Below, piece by piece: positions 1 to 9,024 of a stretch of 40,263 nucleotides of DNA. Both the position numbers and the translations under genes were made by a program. The notes beneath the pieces are model-generated. The model had not been told where the DNA came from, did no database searches, and saw only the letters and a list, made by a program, of their open reading frames with translations. The DNA comes from Candidatus Ventrenecus avicola (GTDB taxonomy: Bacteria > Bacillota_I > Bacilli_A > RF39 > UBA660). The stretch lies in NCBI GenBank assembly GCA_018711945.1, contig DVHP01000100.1, positions 1 to 40,263 of the forward strand, in the 5' to 3' direction. How positions within the stretch are numbered: the stretch's first letter is position 1; each line of letters begins with the position of its first letter.

Positions 1-13
1 GCACGAAAAGATA

Positions 14-33
14 CCCCGTAGCTTGCTGCGGGG
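14..33 (-). other. GC-rich hairpin (CCCCG-N10-CGGGG) at the window edge; possible intrinsic terminator for the minus-strand gene pair 165-1357
   Basis: The G/C stem stands out in AT-rich DNA. On the minus strand it is followed by TATCTTTTC. Only one copy is visible. Confidence 0.3.
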
Positions 34-164
34 AGTTTCATTCATAAAATATTTAGTAATAAAACTATTGAATCAATTCAAGATGATTATATTTGGAATA
101 AAGAAAATGATAAAGGTAAAGAAAAAGATGATTACGAAATTGAAATGTAATCATCTTTTTATCA

Positions 165-746
165 TTATTTTCTTTTTAAAGTATATGGTTTACCCTTTAC
201 TTCAATAAAGAAAGAACTAGTTAAATCTTCACTTTCTTCTTGATGAATGTGTGCATTTTCATATGATTGAATAATTGATTCATCATCTACATCTACTAGA
301 ACAGTTCTTTGTGTTAATTGTGGTTCTTCTTCTGGTGTAAAATATCTTACCCTAGCATTAGATTCATTATAAAGAGTTGTTAAATTGTCAAAATGTATAA
401 TTTTATTTCTTTTTAAATCTTCAAACTTAGCACTACCTATATCATAAACATCATCGCCAATCATTGTTAAAATTGCTAAATGTCTTACTTGCGCTAAACT
501 ATACATAACTCTCATTAAATCAGGAGCAAAACCTTTTAAACGTTCATCTGTTTCAACTTTCTTAAATAAATCTTCAACTTCATCTTTATTATCGCCATAA
601 ATAGTTTTATCTCTTCTTGAAATTTCTTCATATTCTTCATCAGTTAAAAGTTCTTGTCTATTTTCTATTATTGCTAAATAAAATTCGTTTAATTTCTTTG
701 ATAAAAGGATTTGATCTAATTCTTCTTGTGAATACTTTTTAGTCAT
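165..746 (-). CDS. hypothetical protein (acidic, 193 aa)
   Basis: Long ORF ending 2 nt after the stop of the upstream ORF (749), so it is operon-like. No motif recognised. Confidence 0.7.
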   Translation of the reverse strand: MTKKYSQEELDQILLSKKLNEFYLAIIENRQELLTDEEYEEISRRDKTIYGDNKDEVEDLFKKVETDERLKGFAPDLMRVMYSLAQVRHLAILTMIGDDVYDIGSAKFEDLKRNKIIHFDNLTTLYNESNARVRYFTPEEEPQLTQRTVLVDVDDESIIQSYENAHIHQEESEDLTSSFFIEVKGKPYTLKRK

Positions 747-748
747 AT

Positions 749-1357
749 TTATACATCCTTTCTTACTTTCTTTAATCGTTGTCCTTTTTCGCTTTCAATT
801 TCTTTTTTAGGACTATAACTAATCACAAAATTAGTTGCTGTGTCATCTCTATACATAGCAGGAGCATATCTATCTACAGTAGTATCTATTTCACATTTAA
901 CATTATTTTTTTCAAACTGTTCTAATAATTTTGCTAAACTTAAATATAAGTAACCATAGTTATAAATTGTTTCTGATTGAGCAAAACCAACAAAAAATTC
1001 TCTTTGTTCAGTGCTTTTTACATATCTATATACCGCAACAATTCTTTCCTTATTATTCATTATAAAATCAATTGGATTACCCATATCATTTGGTAAATCA
1101 TCAAAATCTCCACAAAAAATTAAATTAAATTTTAAATATTTATTTACTTCTTTATCATTATAATTAGCATTTGAAATTAAATTAACAATTTCTTTTTCAG
1201 CAAATTTTTTTGTATTTTCGTCCATACTCTCATATAATTCCAATGCTTCATAACTACCAACTAATGTTGCACCACCCTGAATAGTTCTAGGTGAGATAAA
1301 CAAATAGTTTTTCTCTTTACTTTCTTCTATAAATTTTGCTTTTTCTTCTAAAGTCAT
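749..1357 (-). CDS. hypothetical protein (about 202 aa)
   Basis: Track ORF 749-1411 trimmed to the ATG at 1357 (MTLEEKAK...), which is preceded by GGAGG (plus-strand cctcc at 1363-1367). Confidence 0.7.
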   Translation of the reverse strand: MTLEEKAKFIEESKEKNYLFISPRTIQGGATLVGSYEALELYESMDENTKKFAEKEIVNLISNANYNDKEVNKYLKFNLIFCGDFDDLPNDMGNPIDFIMNNKERIVAVYRYVKSTEQREFFVGFAQSETIYNYGYLYLSLAKLLEQFEKNNVKCEIDTTVDRYAPAMYRDDTATNFVISYSPKKEIESEKGQRLKKVRKDV

Positions 1358-1422
1358 ACAAACCTCCCTAAAAACTACAAATAGTATAACATATTTTAAA
1401 TTATTTTCCAACCGATGTTAAT

Positions 1423-2977
1423 GTTTTAACAGGTCAAAAACATGAAAAAAAAGAAAACAGTTTATAAACCAGTATAATTGAAGGGATTATAGTCATATTT
1501 TAAAGAAAAAAACGATGTAATTTTGTGCATGAATCTTGCCAAAATATCTAAAATGTATATTTTATGTGATAAAATGATTGATTTGAACTCTTATTTTAAG
1601 TACTATTGATAATAGGAGTGATAAGAAATGATAGCAAAAAGAACAGTAAGAAAAACTATAAAAAAAGAAAATATTTCTATAGAAGATATCTCAAAAGAAA
1701 GTATTGATAACTTGATAGAACAAATTAACAAACAAATTGATGATCCTCGTCAAAAAAAGAAAAAAACATATAAAATATGGGACATCGTAATCACTGTATT
1801 TTTAGCTGTAATAGCTAATTGTAACGATTGGGATGATATTGTTGTGTTTGCTAAAAGCAATTATAAATTCTTGAGAAAATATTTAAAAATGACAGGTGGT
1901 ATTCCCTGTTCAAAAACCTATGAAAGAATCATTTCTTGTATAGATTCCTCTCAGTTAGAATCCATCTGTCTATTTTTCTTAACAGATATTATTGGGATCA
2001 AAAAGAAAAAAATGAGAGATATCATTAATATAGATGGTAAGGTGGATAAAAGTAGTTCCTATTTAAAATTAAATGAAAACGGAGACGTAGAAGCCGTAAA
2101 ATCTTTAAATGTTTTAAATGCATATTCTAATCAATATGGCATATGTTTGGCTAGCGAAAAAATAGAAGATAAAACAAACGAAATTACTGCTTTTCCTACC
2201 ATAATAGACCGCCTTAATATCCGTAATAAAATCATAACGGTAGATGCTATAAATACTCAAAAAGAAAATTGCACGATCGTAAAAAAGAAACGTGGAGACT
2301 ATTGTTTTGCTGTGAAAGAAAATCAACCGAATCTACATCGAGATATCGTAGATTACTTTGATGAAGAGACTTTAAAAGAACTATCAAAACATTCTGAAAA
2401 TTACAAGAAAACGATTGAAACAAGAGGAAATGAAACCATTATTTATGAATGTTATCAAACTACGGATGTGGACTGGTATTTTGAAAAGAAATTATGGACA
2501 GGATTAAAATCTATCGGGGTCATCAAAAAGATTTTTGATAATCCATACAACAAAAACAAACAGACAGAATATAGATACTACATAAGTAGTTTACCATTAG
2601 ATGTGAATCTATTTTATAATTGTATAAGATGTCATTGGTCCGTAGAAAACAAGTTACATTGGCACTTAGATTTCACTTTTAAACAAGATGACAATACTAC
2701 TGTGGATAAAGAAGCTTTACTAGGATTACAAATTATTAAGAAAATGGCTTTAGGTATATTAAATCCTATTAAAACGAAGCAAAAAATAAGTATGAACAAA
2801 TTAAGATTACAGATTTCTTTTCATGTCGAAAGTGAGATCGCTAAAATCTTTCAATTTTACGCAAGATAAGGTCTCAAAACAGCTTCGTTTTTTTCATAAT
2901 AAAATGCCGATAATCCCTTTTTAAATAAGGTATTTATCAGCATTTATAAATTCTTTCGTGTCTTTAACCTGATAAAC
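1423..2977 (+). mobile_element. ISAs1-family insertion sequence; boundaries tentative
   Basis: A single transposase ORF is flanked by colinear imperfect inverted segments. Pairs are gttttaacaggtcaaaaac (1423-1441) vs rc of gtctttaacctgataaac (2960-2977), aagggattat (1481-1490) vs its rc at 2910-2919, and gaaaaaaacga (1505-1515) vs its rc at 2894-2904. No clear target-site duplication was seen. Confidence 0.5.
1628..2869 (+). CDS. ISAs1-family (H-repeat-associated) DDE transposase
   Basis: 413-aa ORF with the family-typical C-terminal signature HWSVENKLHWHLDFTFKQDDN. An RBS aggag lies upstream of the ATG. Confidence 0.9.
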   Translation: MIAKRTVRKTIKKENISIEDISKESIDNLIEQINKQIDDPRQKKKKTYKIWDIVITVFLAVIANCNDWDDIVVFAKSNYKFLRKYLKMTGGIPCSKTYERIISCIDSSQLESICLFFLTDIIGIKKKKMRDIINIDGKVDKSSSYLKLNENGDVEAVKSLNVLNAYSNQYGICLASEKIEDKTNEITAFPTIIDRLNIRNKIITVDAINTQKENCTIVKKKRGDYCFAVKENQPNLHRDIVDYFDEETLKELSKHSENYKKTIETRGNETIIYECYQTTDVDWYFEKKLWTGLKSIGVIKKIFDNPYNKNKQTEYRYYISSLPLDVNLFYNCIRCHWSVENKLHWHLDFTFKQDDNTTVDKEALLGLQIIKKMALGILNPIKTKQKISMNKLRLQISFHVESEIAKIFQFYAR

Positions 2978-3699
2978 CATTTCATACAAAAAATTCATGT
3001 TAAATATTCCATAAATATTAAAATCATGGTATATTATTAATAGCAACGGAAGATTATATGTACTCTTTCGTTATTGGAAAATAGTTGTAGATAACTACGA
3101 CACTCGCTCCAAATGAGTTTTACAGTCTATTATGGTCTGTTTTTTTCTTTTTTCACGTGGTCAGATGTGTAAGGAGATAGATCTGTTTTAATTTTTTGAA
3201 ATATTTCTTCTAGTCTATACCACTTAACTTGTATGCAATTTGTTCTAAATTAATTCAACAAGCTATTATGGTCTTCTTTTATGTAATTAGATGTTGAGGT
3301 TTTAATAATCATTCAGTAAAAGATTACCAGTTGACTTTAAAAGATTATCAAAAATTTTATTTTGAGGTATTAGATGATATTAATACTAGAAGAAATAATG
3401 CGTTAAAATGTAAAAATATTTGTGCTGATTTAATTGATAAAGTAGAACATTCAGAGTTCTTTAATGTGAAAATTAGTCGAGAGGAAATATTAAAAGAAAT
3501 GAAAAATACTTTAATAAAAAAATCGCTGTTTTTTATAGATTAAACTAACGATTTTTTTGTTTTTATTACGAAGTTTTGAAAATATATAATTTTGTTTGCT
3601 ACTGCTTGCCAAATTATGAATAAAGGATTTCAAAAGGTAGTTCACATTGTACACCGTTATTGGCTTCGCCAATATCGTAGTCTGTTACTACAATGTCCA

Positions 3700-4317
3700 T
3701 CATGCATTATGTGGTTGAAGAGCTCTAATTAGTCTTTGTTCCAACGCAGGTCTAACATAAGCTTCTTCAAGTTGCAAAATGCTTTCTTTATACCTTTGAT
3801 AAGCTACAGCATATTCGCTTTTTTCAATAGCTTTTACACATACAGCAATTACATGATAATAGATTTTATCATAAATTTCGTTGCTATTTGGTAATAAATC
3901 TATTTCGTTAACAATTAAAGGTGCCGTTTCGTAATAATGTGCAATATCTTCTTCTGAAACGAAATTATCTCTAAACCATCTTAGTAATTGCAATTCATAA
4001 CATTTGTCATTAAATTGTTGTGCAAAATGTTGCATACATGCACTAGTTAAATAGCAGCCACCATTATTTTGAACTTCACCAGTAGTTGGATTTCCACTAC
4101 TATTACTTTCTGATCTTCCGGAATTTGAATCTCTTCCTAAATCATGGTCATTTTTGTCATTCCAATGATAATGCCCGTGACCTCCATCATCATTCTCTGG
4201 GTATTGATTTACACTCTTACTCTTTTCATAACTTGTATAAATTAGATTATCGCTATCAGGATTATCCATGTCATAGCTCGCATAACCCCAATCTCTTCCG
4301 CTTCCACCTTTACTCAT
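3700..4317 (-). CDS. hypothetical protein: low-complexity His/Gly/Asp/Asn/Ser-rich N-terminal half plus a conserved Cys-containing C-terminal domain
   Basis: N-terminal half contains GGHGHYHWNDKNDHDLGRDSNSGRSESNSSGN. It is followed by GGCYLTSACM...CYELQLLRWFRDNFV...YYETAPLIV. The ATG overlaps the upstream ORF by 8 nt. Confidence 0.75.
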   Translation of the reverse strand: MSKGGSGRDWGYASYDMDNPDSDNLIYTSYEKSKSVNQYPENDDGGHGHYHWNDKNDHDLGRDSNSGRSESNSSGNPTTGEVQNNGGCYLTSACMQHFAQQFNDKCYELQLLRWFRDNFVSEEDIAHYYETAPLIVNEIDLLPNSNEIYDKIYYHVIAVCVKAIEKSEYAVAYQRYKESILQLEEAYVRPALEQRLIRALQPHNA

Positions 4318-4627
4318 TGATATCCTCCTTCTTTAACTTTTTCCATATATAATTAATATCTCCATCATCATAGAAAATAAAATGTTCTTTACCTATTTTA
4401 TTCACAATTTTTTTAAAATTTTCTTGGATAATTTTAGCTTCTTGAATTTGTTTTTCTAAAGTCAAATTTTTTCTTGTTTTTCTGAATATATTCAACTTTC
4501 CCCATGTCGTCATTAATAAATCTAGTTCATTGCCTGTATCTAATTCATAATCTTCTAAAGCTAATTGATATCTCAAATTTTGTTTCATCAGTTCCTGAAG
4601 TATTTTTTCTTGATTTTTTTGTTTCAT
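4310..4627 (-). CDS. hypothetical protein (105 aa), first gene of the 4627-3614 operon
   Basis: ORF with GAGG upstream of the ATG. Its 3' end overlaps the next gene. Confidence 0.65.
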   Translation of the reverse strand: MKQKNQEKILQELMKQNLRYQLALEDYELDTGNELDLLMTTWGKLNIFRKTRKNLTLEKQIQEAKIIQENFKKIVNKIGKEHFIFYDDGDINYIWKKLKKEDINE

Positions 4628-4693
4628 GTTTCCTCGCTTTCTTGAAAACTATTTTTTGCTTTTTTTTCTATATGAATACGCCTCCTTTAAATA

Positions 4694-4743
4694 GAAAAAG
4701 CAGTGACAAAAAAACTAATTATTATTTTGCCACTGCTTTTTTA
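4694..4743 (-). terminator. intrinsic terminator (bidirectional-looking) after the YcxB-like gene
   Basis: agcagtg (4699-4705) pairs with cactgct (4731-4737), extended by aaaa/tttt. An A-run precedes the hairpin and a T-run follows it. Confidence 0.6.
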
Positions 4744-4897
4744 GTTGTATTTGAAGAGCGAAAATGGTTGATATTATCAAAAATGATTATTAGATATTTC
4801 CTTTTTTGCATAAAATAATTTCTCCCTTCAAATTACTATAATCATAATATTGTATATTAGAAAAAAAGTCAATAATTGATATTGATGTTGTTAGTTC

Positions 4898-5431
4898 TTA
4901 GTTAAAATAGTATTTGTTTGAGTTGTCAGTGAGTAGATGTAATTTATCGTATTTTTTTAATGCTTTTAAAGTTTCTTCTTTGGAATGTATTTCTATAAAG
5001 ATTGCCGAATGAGAAAAATTCTTTGGTAATACACTGATGGTATTTTTGTTGATAATAATGTGTTCTATGGCATCCCAATATAATTTTGTGGATGTCATAT
5101 TTTTGTGTGTATTTTCTATTCCAGTTTCATCAATTTTGATGATAGAGTTTTGTTGTTTCATGTATTCTCTTAATTTGTATTTTGCCTCTACTAGTAAATA
5201 GATATAGATAATGAGTAGGAGAAAAGCTACGACTGAAATGGCATATAGTTTAGGAATAAATAAGAAGGATATAAATAGTATGAAAATAAGTATTAAATAT
5301 AAATTAAATACTTTTGTTAGAGAATGTACTTTGGTTTTAGGATTTTTTTTGAATATGTAATAATTGCTTGATATATACATGATTTCTTCATAATATTTTT
5401 GATTTTTTTCTTCTTGGCTTTTAAATGTCAT
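4898..5431 (-). CDS. YcxB-like membrane protein (two TM helices plus a C-terminal soluble domain)
   Basis: Hydrophobic stretches LYLILIFILFISFLFIP and ISVVAFLLLIIYIYLL are followed by a roughly 90-aa soluble tail. The family call is from remembered architecture. Confidence 0.55.
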   Translation of the reverse strand: MTFKSQEEKNQKYYEEIMYISSNYYIFKKNPKTKVHSLTKVFNLYLILIFILFISFLFIPKLYAISVVAFLLLIIYIYLLVEAKYKLREYMKQQNSIIKIDETGIENTHKNMTSTKLYWDAIEHIIINKNTISVLPKNFSHSAIFIEIHSKEETLKALKKYDKLHLLTDNSNKYYFN

Positions 5432-5537
5432 TTTATCACATCCTATTCTTTCTAATTATATCATAATCCATAATTTTTGTTTTGCGTTTTTCTATTATTC
5501 CTTTGTTTTTATGTTATTATATTAGTGGTGACTATCT

Positions 5538-6332
5538 ATGAATATTTATAAAGGATTGAATGATATTACTAATTATATTGATGATCATTTGGAAGAAAAG
5601 ATTGATTATACTATTCTTGCTCGCTTTTTAGGAGTAAATGTATACACAATGCAAAGGCTTTTTTCGCTGATGACAGGACTTTCTGTAACTGATTATATTC
5701 GTAAAAGAAGATTGTCTAATGCTGGATATGACTTATATGAAAAGAATGAAAGGATTATTGATATTGCTTTGAAGTATCAATATGAAAATGCGACTTCTTT
5801 TTCTCGTGCCTTTTTTAAATTTCATGGAATTAAACCAAGTTTAGTGAATAAGGAGACGAAACTTAAAAATTTTCCTAGAATTGTTTTTCCTGAAGAGGTT
5901 CATTTGGTTACCGAACTTGATTATGAAATTGTTAGTTTAGACGCTATGAAATTGTATGGCGTTTTTACGAAAACCAGTAATAGTACTATTATGAGGGATG
6001 CTCCTATCTTTTTTTCAAAGACTGAAACAAAGTATTTTAGGAAATGTGGTAGCATACTTTATGGAATGATTACTTATGACACTTTACGGGCTGAGTCACA
6101 ACGGTATTATTGTTTGTATGATAAGAAATTATCTTCTTTTGAAGAAATAGATATTCCTCAAAGTAAATGGCTTTGTTTTCGGATATTTTCGCAGGATCCT
6201 TTAGAGATTCAAGAAATGTCTCAACGGTTTTATAAAGAATTTTTGCCTTCTTGTAAATTTGATTTGAGGGAATTACCGGAATTAGAATATTATCATGATG
6301 ATGTTACGGATTTTTTAGTTGCGATTTATTAA
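5538..6332 (+). CDS. AraC-family transcriptional regulator with GyrI-like (Rob/AraC_E_bind) effector domain
   Basis: N-terminal double HTH (TMQRLFSLMTGLSVTDYIRKRRLSNAGYDL; NATSFSRAFFKFHGIKPS) plus a roughly 150-aa C-terminal domain. Confidence 0.85.
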   Translation: MNIYKGLNDITNYIDDHLEEKIDYTILARFLGVNVYTMQRLFSLMTGLSVTDYIRKRRLSNAGYDLYEKNERIIDIALKYQYENATSFSRAFFKFHGIKPSLVNKETKLKNFPRIVFPEEVHLVTELDYEIVSLDAMKLYGVFTKTSNSTIMRDAPIFFSKTETKYFRKCGSILYGMITYDTLRAESQRYYCLYDKKLSSFEEIDIPQSKWLCFRIFSQDPLEIQEMSQRFYKEFLPSCKFDLRELPELEYYHDDVTDFLVAIY

Positions 6333-6349
6333 CTGACAAAATTTGTTAT
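6286..6349. repeat. direct repeat copy 1 (last 15 codons, stop and 17 nt of the AraC-like gene)
   Basis: Manual alignment to 7055-7118 at a constant offset of 769 bp gives 64 bp with 3 mismatches. Confidence 0.9.
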
Positions 6350-6469
6350 GAAGTTTTGTTGGCACCAGAAGAGTGGTGTGGCTATCATTTTTATGATAAA
6401 GAATGAGCAAAATTATTGATTTATTTAGAAACAAGTCTATAATGTAAGACAAGAAGAGGAGATTTGTTA

Positions 6470-6820
6470 ATGAGTGAAACTTTTAATGTAGAAAATCCAA
6501 CAAAAGAAAATATTGACTTTGCCTTTAAAAATTTAATATTTTATGTTACAGCTTCCATTCAATTAGATGTTTACAAAGAACAAAAAAAGAATTTTGAAAA
6601 AGTATTAGCTGAAATTAATATGATTTTAGCAACATATGTGAATATTGAAAGTCTAGTATCTATAGAAGAAGAAAAATTGCAAAATATAAAATTTGATTTA
6701 ATTGATTTAGATACGGAAACAAAATCTTTAAAATCTTATTTTGCGGAATGGTCTTTGTTGTGGTTCGAAGCAATTATTTCTTTAAGAATGTCAGAAATTA
6801 AAGCTAATAATGGCGGATAG
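6470..6820 (+). CDS. hypothetical protein (116 aa) inside the repeat-bounded segment
   Basis: ATG at 6470 lies 8 nt after GGAG. No motif recognised. Confidence 0.55.
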   Translation: MSETFNVENPTKENIDFAFKNLIFYVTASIQLDVYKEQKKNFEKVLAEINMILATYVNIESLVSIEEEKLQNIKFDLIDLDTETKSLKSYFAEWSLLWFEAIISLRMSEIKANNGG

Positions 6821-7054
6821 ATAAGTATGGGAATTACGTTAAAGGGGTTATTATAAAGATTATTAATGGATTGATTTGTAAAAACTTTAAAATTTAAAAC
6901 TAATAATTAGTAAAAGTGAATCATTCTATAAATTTTAATGAAAAATTAGAATTTAAGATGTTTTTTTTGCTTCCTAACAAAGAATTGAAAGTAATAAATT
7001 AAGGATTTATAATTTTATAAGTGAGCAAATGGATTCACATAAAATAGATAATAA

Positions 7055-7118
7055 AATATTATCATGATGATGTTACGGATTTTTTAGCTGCGGTTTATTA
7101 ACTGACAAAATGTGTTAT
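7055..7118. repeat. direct repeat copy 2 (orphan 3' end of an AraC-like gene, ...YYHDDVTDFLAAVY*)
   Basis: See copy 1. It retains the reading frame and a TAA at 7099-7101. Confidence 0.9.
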
Positions 7119-7137
7119 AAAAAAGTCAGTTTTTTTC
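7101..7137 (+). terminator. intrinsic terminator, probably the original terminator of the AraC-like gene
   Basis: actgac (7101-7106) pairs with gtcagt (7125-7130) and is followed by T7. This arm is missing after repeat copy 1. Confidence 0.5.
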
Positions 7138-7174
7138 TTTTGTTTTTTCTTATAATGATTATGAGGTTTTGGAT

Positions 7175-9022
7175 ATGAAGTTTTGTTCTGAAATATTTTT
7201 TTCTAAGAAATTTGTGACATCAGAAGAATGGGAGGAGTTTATTCAAGCTATTTCTTTTTATAATGGTATTTTTCGAAAATGGAAGTTATGGGTGATGTTA
7301 GAGCAAAATCAACTAAGGTATTTTGTTCAAACCCGTCGTTTTTTACCAGTTACACTTCATTCTCTTAAAGCTTTTGTTTTAAAAAGTACTTCTATGTTTC
7401 CTTTAAAATATTATGAGCATACATGGATTGGTAAGTTAAAATCAGGTAATAATATTATTGATTTAATACAATCTTGTGAATCGTTTCATAAAGGAAAATT
7501 TTGTTATTTGGAATTTATTTTTCAAAAAATAAATCAAGGAAAAGTGTTTAGTAGTGCTTATTATTATTTAGAAAAACATCAATTGGTTCATCGCTATAAA
7601 ATTCTTTTTCGAGCTCCTGCTGATATTTTAGCTGTAGATTACACTAAAAATCCATTTTTCTGTTTAAAAGGAATTCCTAAGTATTTAGAAATGAAAGAGT
7701 CTTTGAATTTGCTACAAAATAGTAGTCAAAATGCTCTTATTAAAATAGATCCATTTCCTTATCGATCAAATAATTTATATTTTGGCCAGTCTTCTTTTTC
7801 ATTCGATAAGCATTCTTTGGTTTTGGGGTCTTCGGGATGTGGAAAATCTAAATTTATTAGTTTATATATCAAAAATATTTTAGAAAATTCTGAACTTTCT
7901 AGAAAATATAAATTTGTTGTGATTGATCCTCATGCGTCTTTAGAAAGAGATATTGGGGGGCTTGGAAGAACGATTGATTTTTTAAGTATTCAATCAAGTA
8001 TTCGTTTATTTACATCATATGGTGGAGATATTCTTGCTGATACAGAACTTATGTTAGATTTCATGCGTTCTTTGTTGACAGATCAGTTTTGTTCTAAATT
8101 AGAAAGAGTGTTAAGAAATGCTATTTATTTGCTTTTTAAAAATCAATCCTTTTGTTTTCAAAATTTAAAGAAGCTTCTTTTGGACTTAGAATATCGTAAT
8201 CAGTTGATACAACTGCAAAAAGCTGATTTACCAAGCAGTGTGTTAGATTTTTTTCTTACAGAGTTTCAGGAAATCAAGTCTCAATCTTATGGCGAAGCTA
8301 TTTCACCCATTATTGGTTTTTTGGATGAGCTTCTTTTAGTGCCGGCTTTTTCTTACGAAGGAAAACAAGATAGTTTAGAAGTTACAATAGAGAAAGAGTC
8401 ATTGACGTTGTTTTCTCTTAATCGAATGAAATTAGGAAGGCATGTAACTAAAACGATTGCAGGACTCATTATGAATCAATTATTTCAGTTGATTCAGCAA
8501 AAGTTTCTATCACAACACATTGTTTTTATTGTAGATGAAGTTTCTGTCATTGAAATGCCCGTTCTTTCTAAATTTTTGTCAGAGGCTCGTAAGTATGGTG
8601 TATCTTTAATTTTAGCTGGTCAATATTTTAATCAAATTTCTAAAGAATTAAAGGAATCTATTTTGGCAAATGTGGTAAATTATTATTTATTTCGGTTATC
8701 GCGTGTTGATGCGAATGAAATTGTTGATTCTTTAGGAATGAAAATACCTGTGGATGATTCTAGAGAAAAAAAGATCGAGATACTTACAGGACTTAAAAAT
8801 AGGGAATGTATCGTGAGGATAGAAGATCAAGGAAAGCTTATTTCTCCTTTTAAGGGGATTACTTTGGATTATACTAGTGTTCCTAGAAAAATGGAAAAAA
8901 TAGATCAACCTATTGTTTCTTTTCCTTCGTCTAAAAATTCTATTACAACATTTCAGATTGGGAAAACGGTATCTTTGCATGATATTTTAGTATCTAATTC
9001 TACAAGTAGAAAAGAGGTGTAG
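7175..9022 (+). CDS. HerA/FtsK-superfamily (DUF87-like) P-loop ATPase with an unassigned roughly 210-aa N-terminal domain
   Basis: Walker A LGSSGCGKSKF, Walker B IVFIVDEVS, and ARKYGVSLILAGQ. Start moved to the ATG at 7175 (GAGG 8 nt upstream) rather than the TTG at 7169. Confidence 0.8.
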   Translation: MKFCSEIFFSKKFVTSEEWEEFIQAISFYNGIFRKWKLWVMLEQNQLRYFVQTRRFLPVTLHSLKAFVLKSTSMFPLKYYEHTWIGKLKSGNNIIDLIQSCESFHKGKFCYLEFIFQKINQGKVFSSAYYYLEKHQLVHRYKILFRAPADILAVDYTKNPFFCLKGIPKYLEMKESLNLLQNSSQNALIKIDPFPYRSNNLYFGQSSFSFDKHSLVLGSSGCGKSKFISLYIKNILENSELSRKYKFVVIDPHASLERDIGGLGRTIDFLSIQSSIRLFTSYGGDILADTELMLDFMRSLLTDQFCSKLERVLRNAIYLLFKNQSFCFQNLKKLLLDLEYRNQLIQLQKADLPSSVLDFFLTEFQEIKSQSYGEAISPIIGFLDELLLVPAFSYEGKQDSLEVTIEKESLTLFSLNRMKLGRHVTKTIAGLIMNQLFQLIQQKFLSQHIVFIVDEVSVIEMPVLSKFLSEARKYGVSLILAGQYFNQISKELKESILANVVNYYLFRLSRVDANEIVDSLGMKIPVDDSREKKIEILTGLKNRECIVRIEDQGKLISPFKGITLDYTSVPRKMEKIDQPIVSFPSSKNSITTFQIGKTVSLHDILVSNSTSRKEV

Positions 9023-9024
9023 TT

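Noticed and set aside
1-50. GC-rich hairpin ACCCCGTAGCTTGCTGCGGGGAG, considered as a CRISPR repeat or the end of a structured RNA such as a group II intron
   Set aside because: Only one copy is present and there is no repeat-spacer periodicity. No match to intron domain V/VI as remembered. It is kept only as a possible terminator at the window edge.
23-208. 61-aa plus-strand ORF from the track
   Set aside because: It has no RBS and a low-complexity hydrophobic or basic translation, and it overlaps the hairpin and the 3' end of the minus-strand gene. A second frame (22-150, ...KTIESIQDDYIWNKENDKGKEKDDYEIEM*) has no start codon. It may be a gene remnant, but this cannot be supported.
3331-3543. 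70-aa ORF with a TTG start
   Set aside because: It has no Shine-Dalgarno, a non-ATG start and no recognisable motif. It may be real, but the sequence does not support calling it.
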